A stretch of DNA of 64,000 bases from an uncultured Clostridia bacterium (GCA_934129895.1 CAKOWY010000001.1:272788-336787); one strand, 5' to 3'. Numbered from the stretch's first letter, positions 19,516 through 27,292 are shown. Notes: a model not told the origin generated them from the sequence alone. A program made the numbers and translations.

Positions 19516-20556
19516 TTATCTACTTTCATCTTTTTTTCCCATATTTTCTAATCTTTGTATCCAATGTTGATTTTCATCTTCCATCTGTATTCCAATTTTA
19601 AATGCTTCTTCTTCATCTCTAATTAAATCACTAGGATTATCTTTCTTTTTACTACAATTAAAACTATTATACATTTCTATAGCTAAACTTTTTAAATCTC
19701 CATATTGATTATTTTTATATTTTAAATGTTTTATATTTTCTCTTACATCTTCAAAAAGACATCTACTAGTATTTGTATGCTCTCTTTTGGTATATACTAA
19801 AAATTCAAATTCTGCTACACTAGATTTTTTAGATATTTTTAATCCTGTTTGATATATATGAAGAATGAAATTGGCTATACCTAAAAATTGTTGTATAGGT
19901 ATTATTTTTGAACTTGAATAAAATCTATATACATTTTTTTTATTTCTTCCATTAGCTTCTATTGTTCTAACAGCTATTATTGAAATATTCCTTCCTTTTT
20001 CTATAACTATTCCATCTTTACAAATATCCATAGGTCCTGATTTTCTTATCAAACTTGATACTTTGTTATTTGAAAATTCAAATTGCGTAACATATTTTTT
20101 TGATTCTAAAACAATATGCCCTATTTCATACCATAATCCATTACTAGAATAATCAAAAACGCTTTTTTTGCTATTTCCAAATGGAAGTGTTTGTATTGCT
20201 TTTTCAATTCTTTCTTCATTAACTTTCTTCCCAGATTCTTGAACTAACAGCATTTTTTCTAAATCTTCATCACTTAGTTTTTGTCCTAGAACTTTTTCTA
20301 AAATAGCACTATATATTTCAAGTTTTCTATTTAATACTTCATTCTTTTTAGCTAGTGCCCTAATTCTTGCTATTTCTAAATTTCTCTCATCAATTGATGC
20401 ATTTATTTCATTAATTTTTTGATTTATTTCTTGCTCCTTTTGTAGTGTTTCTTTTCTTACTTGTTCTTCCGCTTCTCTTCTCAACCTTTCAGAAATCGTC
20501 TCTTCACTTGACACTTGTTTAGAATCTACTTCAGGATAAATTGTTCTTTTTTTCAT
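19516..20556 (-). CDS. hypothetical protein (N-terminal coiled coil, unknown C-domain)
   Basis: An AAAGAGG RBS precedes the ATG. It lies 11 nt downstream of the previous gene's stop. I recognise no domain in it. Confidence 0.55.
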   Translation of the reverse strand: MKKRTIYPEVDSKQVSSEETISERLRREAEEQVRKETLQKEQEINQKINEINASIDERNLEIARIRALAKKNEVLNRKLEIYSAILEKVLGQKLSDEDLEKMLLVQESGKKVNEERIEKAIQTLPFGNSKKSVFDYSSNGLWYEIGHIVLESKKYVTQFEFSNNKVSSLIRKSGPMDICKDGIVIEKGRNISIIAVRTIEANGRNKKNVYRFYSSSKIIPIQQFLGIANFILHIYQTGLKISKKSSVAEFEFLVYTKREHTNTSRCLFEDVRENIKHLKYKNNQYGDLKSLAIEMYNSFNCSKKKDNPSDLIRDEEEAFKIGIQMEDENQHWIQRLENMGKKDESR

Positions 20557-20567
20557 TTTTTACCTCT

Positions 20568-21203
20568 TTATTCCAATTCCATATATTCTGATTCTTCTTC
20601 TTCAATAACTTCCATTAATTGCTCTGACCAAAATTCTAATTCTCCTATATAATAATTTAATATTTTCTCCATAAGCTGCACATTAATTGTATTATAATGT
20701 TTTTGAATTAATTGTTGTATTTGATTAGCTTTTTCTGTTGTTATCGGATATTTTGATAAAAAGTCTACATCATATTCATTTAAAATACGATTTCGTAATA
20801 AATTCACTCTTTCAAACATATCATAATAAATTCCACACTTGTTTCCACATTCTAAATAATACACTATAGTGTCTATAGTCCATCTATTTCTAAGTAATGC
20901 CACAATTGTTCTTTCAGAAGACATTTCATGAGTAAATTTTTTTAATTCTTCCAAAACTTCTGAATTTTTTTCACCATAAGCTTGACTTAATTTATTTTTT
21001 ATTTTTAATTTTGACTTTTTTTTGGCTATCTTCTTTCTATATTTAGCAATTTCTTTTATGAAATCTAAATATTCTCTTGTTTGCTCTTGATCAATATGTT
21101 TTGAAATTGTGTCAACAACTCCTTTTATAATTGCATCATTTTCTGCTAAGATTTTTTCCTCATTTTCAATCTTTTCTTGACTTTCTTTTGATATGCGCTT
21201 CAT
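20568..21203 (-). CDS. hypothetical protein
   Basis: The ORF has a charged N-terminus. The ATG at 21201-21203 has a GAGGGG RBS, so the track start at 21218 is probably over-extended. Confidence 0.5.
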   Translation of the reverse strand: MKRISKESQEKIENEEKILAENDAIIKGVVDTISKHIDQEQTREYLDFIKEIAKYRKKIAKKKSKLKIKNKLSQAYGEKNSEVLEELKKFTHEMSSERTIVALLRNRWTIDTIVYYLECGNKCGIYYDMFERVNLLRNRILNEYDVDFLSKYPITTEKANQIQQLIQKHYNTINVQLMEKILNYYIGELEFWSEQLMEVIEEEESEYMELE

Positions 21204-21332
21204 TTTTGCCCCTCTCATATTTTTAACATAATATCTCTCCAGTTATTTAATTCTTCGTTTATGATTCTATATACATTTATTATTTGAATATTTATATTCT
21301 TATTCATTACAATTTCTGTATTTGTGACTTTT

Positions 21333-21518
21333 TTATTTTGATATGCATATTTTAACATTCCGCTTTGCTCTTAATTCATTTTGAATTTGTTTTATTTCTT
21401 GAAAATCTTCTTTTGTCATTTGTAATATTTCTTTATTAGACATATATTGTGATAATATTTCTATTTTTTCTATATAACCTAAAATTTTTTTATAATTGTT
21501 TATATTTTCTTTTTCCAT
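21333..21518 (-). CDS. small hypothetical protein (61 aa)
   Basis: It is a short ORF with a weak RBS, co-oriented at the head of the hypothetical-protein array. Confidence 0.3.
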   Translation of the reverse strand: MEKENINNYKKILGYIEKIEILSQYMSNKEILQMTKEDFQEIKQIQNELRAKRNVKICISK

Positions 21519-21609
21519 TATTAAAATCTCTTTCCATAATTTTTTATTTTAGGCTTAATTGCCAGCTCAAAAGTAACATAATTATATAACAATAATATAA
21601 AATTGTCAA

Positions 21610-21653
21610 TAAAAAAGCTAAGAGCTACCACAAATCTGTGATAGCTCTTGCTT
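21610..21653 (-). terminator. Rho-independent terminator closing the island operon
   Basis: Imperfect 16-bp stem AAGCTAAGAGCTACCACA / TGTGATAGCTCTTGCTT with an AATC loop. It begins 1 nt after the TAA stop at 21655-21657 and is followed on the minus strand by TTTTTTATT. Confidence 0.6.
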
Positions 21654-21654
21654 T

Positions 21655-22614
21655 TTAGTCTAACGTATCTGCCTGTACGATATTAGCAGGTGTAAAATAT
21701 CTTGCAAATAAATTTCCACCTACTTCATATCCACCCATAGTTGCGTTTATTGCATTAAATTGTAACTCTCTCGAAGCCAGAGATTCAATGATAAAAATTA
21801 CATTTTCAGAAATTAACTTCATTATCATCTCCAATGTCTGAATTGTAAGGGGATTTGTACTAGTACAAATAACAAATACAAACTTAGTATTTGCACTGTA
21901 AAATCTTTGCATTTTTCCAATGATTTTTTTGAATGTTTCGTTCCTTTGACTTCGCATAGATATTGTATAGAGTCTTTTAAGTCCACTCTCCCAATAATTC
22001 ATATATTCATCACTGGGATCACTATAAAGCTCTTGAAGATATGTTAAAATCTCCCTTGCCTCATATTCTATATAACTATCTCTATAATATCCTACATGAT
22101 ATCTATCATCTTTTTCTATCTCATTCATTATAGTTGCTGCAATAAGATTATAGATATCATGTCCAGTGTTTGCAATGTCAACTCGATTGAATAAGACAAC
22201 ATCCTGATTTCTAATATCATATAAGGTTCTATCTACCAGGATATCGGCATTCATTCCAAATACCCCAATCAAACCAGTATTACATTTAGGTCTGTTTATG
22301 AGTGGCTGTACTTTAGCTGTAAGCTGATTTGATCTTCTTGCCGTTCTATCAGAACTTTCTACAGCTCTTGATGCAGTCATGGGAACTACTTCAGAATTTT
22401 CCCTTTGATTTCTGAAATCTTCTGATGATTGTTCATTTCTCCTCTCTTCTCTAGTTGCATAATTACTATTTTCCTGATAACTTTGATAAGATTCAGCATA
22501 ACTGTCTTGTCTTCTTGCTTCGTTTCTTATCTCAGTTTCTTCCTTTTTTGGACTATTTTGAGCAGTAATTTTCTGCCCAGTTTGTTCAAAATATATTTGG
22601 CGCCGTCTTGCCAT
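21655..22614 (-). CDS. hypothetical protein, last gene of island operon (about 100-aa polar disordered N-terminus + uncharacterised C-domain)
   Basis: Its ATG overlaps the upstream TAA (TAATG), and an AAAGGAG RBS is present. The N-terminus is rich in Q/E/R/S/N (QNSPKKEETEIRNEARRQDSYAESYQSYQENSNY...). The C-domain (GLIGVFGMNADILV...KFVFVICTSTNPL) is unassigned. Confidence 0.7.
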   Translation of the reverse strand: MARRRQIYFEQTGQKITAQNSPKKEETEIRNEARRQDSYAESYQSYQENSNYATREERRNEQSSEDFRNQRENSEVVPMTASRAVESSDRTARRSNQLTAKVQPLINRPKCNTGLIGVFGMNADILVDRTLYDIRNQDVVLFNRVDIANTGHDIYNLIAATIMNEIEKDDRYHVGYYRDSYIEYEAREILTYLQELYSDPSDEYMNYWESGLKRLYTISMRSQRNETFKKIIGKMQRFYSANTKFVFVICTSTNPLTIQTLEMIMKLISENVIFIIESLASRELQFNAINATMGGYEVGGNLFARYFTPANIVQADTLD

Positions 22615-24020
22615 TATTTTCTCCTTTCACATTGTGATAAGGAATTTTTCTCCAATAACAAACTCTTTGCCCTGTTTTTCACAGGATCTTTAAATTCGCC
22701 TCTTTCTATTATCTCATAAAACCATCTTTTTGCATCAGCCGTGTAAACATCCAGTACTTTTTTGGCTCTTTCTTGCTCGAATTGACTTCTTGCATTAGTA
22801 ATAACCAATATAACTTTTTCAAATTCTTTAACATACTGGAGTTTTTCTGCAGTATCTGTTCCTGCAATAAAAGCATGTTTTTGACGATAGCTTGCTTTTA
22901 TAATATTTTTAGGAAATTGCATTAAGGCATGACATGCCAAAAAATATTCTCCTAAAATACTTCCTTCAGTCATTTCTCTTTCAGGAGCAGGATAACATGT
23001 TGCAGAAAATATTTGTTCAATTGTCCTCATTCTCCTTTGCTTTACAGTTGCCTCAATCTGATTTGGAAGTTCTGCTGCTTTAGTTCCCTCTACAGGTTCA
23101 TAACTTGCAACTCCAATATCACTGAAATATCCTTTTTCGAGATATTGAACCAAACCTCTAAATTCAGATTCCGTTTCTCCAGGATATCCAACAATTACTT
23201 CTGTTGAAATAATCAAATCAGGACGCAGTCTTTTTAAAGCATTTATCTTTTTATCCACATCTTCAAATAGTGGACGATTCATGCTTTTTAAGATACTTGG
23301 TGAACTATGCTGTATATGCAACATAATTTCAACAATGTTTGCGTTTTGTCCAATGAGTTCAATCACTTCATCAGTTAAACCTGCCGGATGAAACCAACCA
23401 ATAACATATCTGCAATCAGGATAGCCTTTTACAATTCTTGTCATCAGTTCAGCAAATTTTCTTTTTCCATACAAATCAACACCATAATCAGATGTTTCTT
23501 GTGCACCTGTAATATAAATAGTCGATTCGCTTGGATACATATTGCTAACTTCTTGCAAAATGTCTTGCATGCTTTTACTATGATATTCACCATAAAATTG
23601 AGGATAAACACAATAAGAGCATCTATGATTACAACCAGTCGAAATAATAACTTTGTTTTGTGGAATCCATTGAACATTAATATTGGGTTTATTGAACTTT
23701 GCAAGTACTTCTTCAAAAGATTTTACCTTAATTGGTGCTTCTTCTTTTAACTCTTTCAGTTCTTCTTTGCAAAGTCTTTCCAAACACCCTGTAACGATAA
23801 CTTCAGCATCTTTTTTCTTATTAATGCAAACATCTGCAATAACCTGCATAGAATACAGCTTATTAGGACCAAAAGCACAGGTAAGAATGATTATACAATC
23901 AGCAATCGTATAATCATTTACTACTTCATACCCAACAGTACTTTTAACCCGATTTACCAGTTGATTTGCATTATCAATGTCCATGTGCATGTCATTACAG
24001 AGAATTACCGCAACTTTCAT
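22614..24020 (-). CDS. radical SAM methylthiotransferase-like enzyme (MiaB/RimO/MtaB-type architecture)
   Basis: The N-terminal MTTase-type domain has three Cys (ILCND, ILTCAF, VTGCLERLC). The radical-SAM CxxxCxxC motif is CNHRCSYC. A C-terminal extension of more than 100 aa follows. The ATG overlaps the upstream TAA, and a GGAGG RBS is present. Confidence 0.8.
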   Translation of the reverse strand: MKVAVILCNDMHMDIDNANQLVNRVKSTVGYEVVNDYTIADCIIILTCAFGPNKLYSMQVIADVCINKKKDAEVIVTGCLERLCKEELKELKEEAPIKVKSFEEVLAKFNKPNINVQWIPQNKVIISTGCNHRCSYCVYPQFYGEYHSKSMQDILQEVSNMYPSESTIYITGAQETSDYGVDLYGKRKFAELMTRIVKGYPDCRYVIGWFHPAGLTDEVIELIGQNANIVEIMLHIQHSSPSILKSMNRPLFEDVDKKINALKRLRPDLIISTEVIVGYPGETESEFRGLVQYLEKGYFSDIGVASYEPVEGTKAAELPNQIEATVKQRRMRTIEQIFSATCYPAPEREMTEGSILGEYFLACHALMQFPKNIIKASYRQKHAFIAGTDTAEKLQYVKEFEKVILVITNARSQFEQERAKKVLDVYTADAKRWFYEIIERGEFKDPVKNRAKSLLLEKNSLSQCERRK

Positions 24021-24604
24021 TAATATCCTCCTTCACGCACTTTCGTACGAGAATCTGTAGTTTTGGATTTTGTTTTGGTTTCCTGCTGATATTCTTTGGT
24101 GAACTCTCGATTTGCAACTTTACCAAGTGCATTTTCAAGTGCAAGATATTTTTCACATTTCTTGCCTTTGAGCCCTTTGGGTTCAAACTTTACTTCACCA
24201 TCTTCAGATACAGATACCATCATAAATCCACCACTAGAATCCTGGGGATCTCTAACCTTGTAGCTACCTCCTTCTTGTTTGCTCACACTCAAATGCATCT
24301 TTTTGGCAGTCTTTTTCATCATCTCAATCGCATAATTGCTCATGATTATCGAACCATTATAGCCAATATATCTGGTAACATGACCGTCCCAAAAATCAGC
24401 CGTAATGTTATAATTGCCTGTCATGCTCTTTTCAAGTGCACAATCATATATTCCTGGAAGTTTTACTACATTCTCCTTTAACTGTGCACCTCCATAAAAC
24501 CGACACATTCCTTCGTCAACCATGTTAAGTCCCATGTTCGCCAAAGCTGATCTTGCACACTCCAAATCTCGGATCTCGGTATAAATAGTTGTAAAATGAC
24601 TCAT
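24020..24604 (-). CDS. Ycf35/DUF1257-like protein with Lys/Thr/Glu-rich C-terminal tail
   Basis: The N-terminus MSHFTTIYTEIRDLECARSALANMGLNM matches, from recollection, the MSHF..I.T.I.D...L..AL.DLG start of plastid/cyanobacterial Ycf35 (DUF1257). A TAATG overlap and GGAGG RBS are present. Confidence 0.65.
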   Translation of the reverse strand: MSHFTTIYTEIRDLECARSALANMGLNMVDEGMCRFYGGAQLKENVVKLPGIYDCALEKSMTGNYNITADFWDGHVTRYIGYNGSIIMSNYAIEMMKKTAKKMHLSVSKQEGGSYKVRDPQDSSGGFMMVSVSEDGEVKFEPKGLKGKKCEKYLALENALGKVANREFTKEYQQETKTKSKTTDSRTKVREGGY

Positions 24605-26244
24605 TACTGATTTCCTCCTTCAAAATTGATTGTTCGACCAGTCTTTTTCTTTTTATTAGTAGTGCTTCCTTTGCTTTCTGCACTATCATCTGAATGAATA
24701 TTAGCCCAACGAATATTTTCTTTTTGTGCCCATTCTGTTAATGCTTCTACGGTTTCTTTCATGATTCCTTTAGATGCTGGTTGAAGTACTTCCATCTGAT
24801 TTAAAATATCGTTTGTATTCAATTCTCTTGCATTATCTGCAAAGGAATTAAACATTGCCGATATCACGGCTTCTTCGATTTCTGCACCTGTGAAACCATC
24901 AGATACCTCAGCCAATTTTTCAACATCAAAGCTTTGAGCATTACGCCCTTTCTTTTCAAGTTGAATACTTACAATTTCTTCTCTTTCTTTTAAATTAGGA
25001 AGACCGACAAAAAAGATTTCATCAAATCGTCCTTTTCTCAAAAGTTCAGGTGGAAGAGATGTAATATTATTGGCAGTTGCAATAACATAAACTGCAGATT
25101 CTTTTTCCTGCATCCATGTAAGAATACTTGCAAACATACGGGAAGATACTCCAGAATCGTTTCTACCACCTGCTCCAGCACCAGCTAAACCTTTTTCAAT
25201 CTCATCAATCCACAACACACAAGGTGACATGGCTTCTGCCGTCTGAAGGGCTTTTCTGGTATTGGCTTCTGTATCACCAACATAGCTTCCAAAAAGTTTT
25301 CCAAGATCACATTTAATGAGCGGAACACTCCAAGTATTTGCCAATGCTTTGGCTGCCAAGCTCTTTCCGCATCCAGGAATACCTACAAGCAATACTCCCT
25401 TAGGGTTAGGTAAACCATATTTTTTTGCCTTATCTGAATATGCCAGAATACGCTTCTGGGTATATTCCTTAAAGTTTTGCATTCCTCCCACTTTAGTAGA
25501 ATCATGATTGTTCCAAAACTCAAGCAAACCATCTTTACAAATTATTTGTGCCTTAACTTCCGAAACAATCTCTAAATCAAGAGCCCGCTTTTTTGAAAAA
25601 GACGTTGATATTGCATTTTCAGCCTGATTTAACGTCAATCCCAGTAAAATCTCTGCTGCCTTTTCTGTTATAGACGAAATCTTTTCAAGTTCACTTGCCT
25701 TCAAATTGTCCTTGAATCTTTCAACCATATCATTAATGAGCTCTACAAAATCTTCTTTTTTAGGGAGCTCTAAATCAATGGAAACTGTAGATTCTTCCCA
25801 ATCTTTAGGCACGTCAAATTGATTGCTAATAAAGATAAAACAACATCCAATTTCATTTGCTTTTTCAAATGCTTCTTTTGCTGCTCGCAAAACCAAAGGC
25901 TGATCAACAAAATGATGGAAATCAAGCATACATAAAATGTATTCTCCTTGCTCATCATTAAGTTTTAAGCCTTCAGTTAATGCTTCTTGAGGATCTGTGA
26001 CATCTGCGTTTTCTTCTACCAGGTAATAATCTTCCATGTCGATATAATTTTTGTCACCACGAATTTGGATTCTGGGATCAACAACCTCCATGATTCCCCT
26101 TGTACAAGACCAATAGTATACCCTTTTTTGATAATGCTGACCTGCTCTTAAACAATCTGCCAAGGCCCGGTTTTCTTCGGGTGTTTGCAGGATAACTGAT
26201 GAGTAACCTGCGCTGATACAACCAGAGATGGATAATTTACTCAT
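24604..26244 (-). CDS. Ycf46-family AAA+ ATPase
   Basis: It has Walker A (GIPGCGKS), Walker B (LWIDEIEK) and the Ycf46-like segments TWMQEKESAVYVIATANN and LLRKGRFDEIFFVGLP. The preferred start is the ATG at 26242-26244 (MSKLSISG), which has a GGAGG RBS. The track start at 26259 lacks an SD. Confidence 0.85.
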   Translation of the reverse strand: MSKLSISGCISAGYSSVILQTPEENRALADCLRAGQHYQKRVYYWSCTRGIMEVVDPRIQIRGDKNYIDMEDYYLVEENADVTDPQEALTEGLKLNDEQGEYILCMLDFHHFVDQPLVLRAAKEAFEKANEIGCCFIFISNQFDVPKDWEESTVSIDLELPKKEDFVELINDMVERFKDNLKASELEKISSITEKAAEILLGLTLNQAENAISTSFSKKRALDLEIVSEVKAQIICKDGLLEFWNNHDSTKVGGMQNFKEYTQKRILAYSDKAKKYGLPNPKGVLLVGIPGCGKSLAAKALANTWSVPLIKCDLGKLFGSYVGDTEANTRKALQTAEAMSPCVLWIDEIEKGLAGAGAGGRNDSGVSSRMFASILTWMQEKESAVYVIATANNITSLPPELLRKGRFDEIFFVGLPNLKEREEIVSIQLEKKGRNAQSFDVEKLAEVSDGFTGAEIEEAVISAMFNSFADNARELNTNDILNQMEVLQPASKGIMKETVEALTEWAQKENIRWANIHSDDSAESKGSTTNKKKKTGRTINFEGGNQ

Positions 26245-26333
26245 AGAATTTTCCTCCATTTTTTATTGTTTGTTATTGAAAAAACTTTGGCTACAAAATA
26301 GTTTTTTTATAACCAATAAATTTTTTCCGTGTA

Positions 26334-26362
26334 ATTATATCACATCCCTTAATTTATGTCAA
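26334..26362 (-). promoter_or_regulatory. consensus sigma-A promoter of the four-gene island operon
   Basis: On the minus strand it reads TTGACA (26357-26362) - 17 nt - TGATATAAT, with the -10 at 26334-26339. It is an extended -10 and lies about 85 nt upstream of the ATPase start. Confidence 0.5.
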
Positions 26363-26403
26363 TTTCTTATGACGTGTTATTAATAAAAAAAGTTTTTATA
26401 TAA

Positions 26404-26448
26404 CCAAAAAGAGAAGGCTACATATAATATGTATACTTCTCTTTTTGG
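26404..26448 (-). terminator. long hairpin after the 240-aa island gene
   Basis: Perfect 13-bp inverted repeat CCAAAAAGAGAAG...CTTCTCTTTTTGG enclosing a second palindrome TACATATAATATGTA. It sits 10 nt 3' of the stop at 26458, and the U-run on the minus strand is displaced by about 10 nt. Confidence 0.45.
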
Positions 26449-26457
26449 AAAATGAAT

Positions 26458-27180
26458 TTAAAATCTTATCGGACCATCTCCAGAATCAACAATGATTATA
26501 AAATCAGTAATCTTATGTTCTACAAACCATCTTAAAATCTCTCGACTTTGCTCATCCACCTTATAATATCCTAATGCACAAAAAACTTTTGTGTCATATT
26601 GTAAAAAGGCCTTTTTCAGTGATTGTATTGCTTCTTCTATATTTTTAGCTTCTTCTCCTATTACTCTCCTTTGATATCTTTCTTTATAACTCATAGGGTA
26701 TTGATAATGAAAACCTAGATTTTGTGCACAATATTGCAAATTATACCTTTGTTCAACGATTTCGATATACCTTAAACGTGAATATGCTGTATCTTCGCAC
26801 CTACTATACACTGATACTAAGCTTTCTGCAATACGCCAAAAGATATTGGAAAAAGATTCCATAGAGATAAAACCCAAGAATACTGTTTGCAAAGAAAAAA
26901 TAGAATTCGATATTCTGGCTGTACTATCTCTAAATTTTTTTATTTCAGAATAAGCATTTTCTCCGTAAACATTTATTATATTCGTCTTAGGATTCTCTTC
27001 TCTAAATAATTGTGTTGCCACTTTTTCGAACCCGCGATCTCTTACTAATTGAATCCCCTCGTTTCTTTGAACTTTAGAGTTTTCTTCATTTGGTTCTTCT
27101 TCACTTTTTAAAAATACAAATTCGCTATCTTTGCGTACCAAGATTTCTCCATTGTTTTCTGCATAAATTTTCCGTCTCAT
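26458..27180 (-). CDS. hypothetical protein (first gene of island, own promoter and terminator)
   Basis: The ATG at 27178-27180 (MRRKIYAENNGE) has a GGAGG RBS, whereas the track start at 27201 is a TTG. I recognise no domain; the C-terminus ends ...ITDFIIIVDSGDGPIRF. Confidence 0.65.
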   Translation of the reverse strand: MRRKIYAENNGEILVRKDSEFVFLKSEEEPNEENSKVQRNEGIQLVRDRGFEKVATQLFREENPKTNIINVYGENAYSEIKKFRDSTARISNSIFSLQTVFLGFISMESFSNIFWRIAESLVSVYSRCEDTAYSRLRYIEIVEQRYNLQYCAQNLGFHYQYPMSYKERYQRRVIGEEAKNIEEAIQSLKKAFLQYDTKVFCALGYYKVDEQSREILRWFVEHKITDFIIIVDSGDGPIRF

Positions 27181-27263
27181 ACTGTACCTCCATGTTGTCA
27201 ATTATTCATTTTTTACATTCTGTTGAACTGTTTCAGAATCGTTTTTAAACAAAACTTACGTGT

Positions 27264-27292
27264 ATTATATCATTTTTGCAATTTTATGTCAA
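27264..27292 (-). promoter_or_regulatory. consensus sigma-A promoter of the 240-aa island gene (near-duplicate of 26334-26362)
   Basis: It reads TTGACA (27287-27292) - 17 nt - TGATATAAT, with the -10 at 27264-27269. The surrounding sequence cgtgtattatatcat...ttatgtcaatt closely matches the operon promoter. Confidence 0.45.

Noticed and set aside
24020-24070. The C-terminal ...REGGY of the DUF1257-like protein looks like a ubiquitin/Pup-like Gly-Gly tail.
   Set aside because: The GG is not terminal because a Tyr follows it. No E1, ligase or deamidase-like partner is present, and the preceding sequence is not beta-grasp-like. I treat it as coincidence.
26242-26259. Alternative upstream start (ATG at 26259, MEENSMSK...) for the AAA+ ATPase.
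   Set aside because: It has no Shine-Dalgarno sequence. The ATG at 26244 has a perfectly spaced GGAGG, so the shorter start is preferred, but the longer one cannot be excluded.
21610-27292. Island as a prophage or integrative element.
   Set aside because: There are no integrase, recombinase, transposase, terminase, capsid or other phage structural genes within or flanking it. No obvious direct repeats were seen at the borders. The acquisition mechanism is left open.
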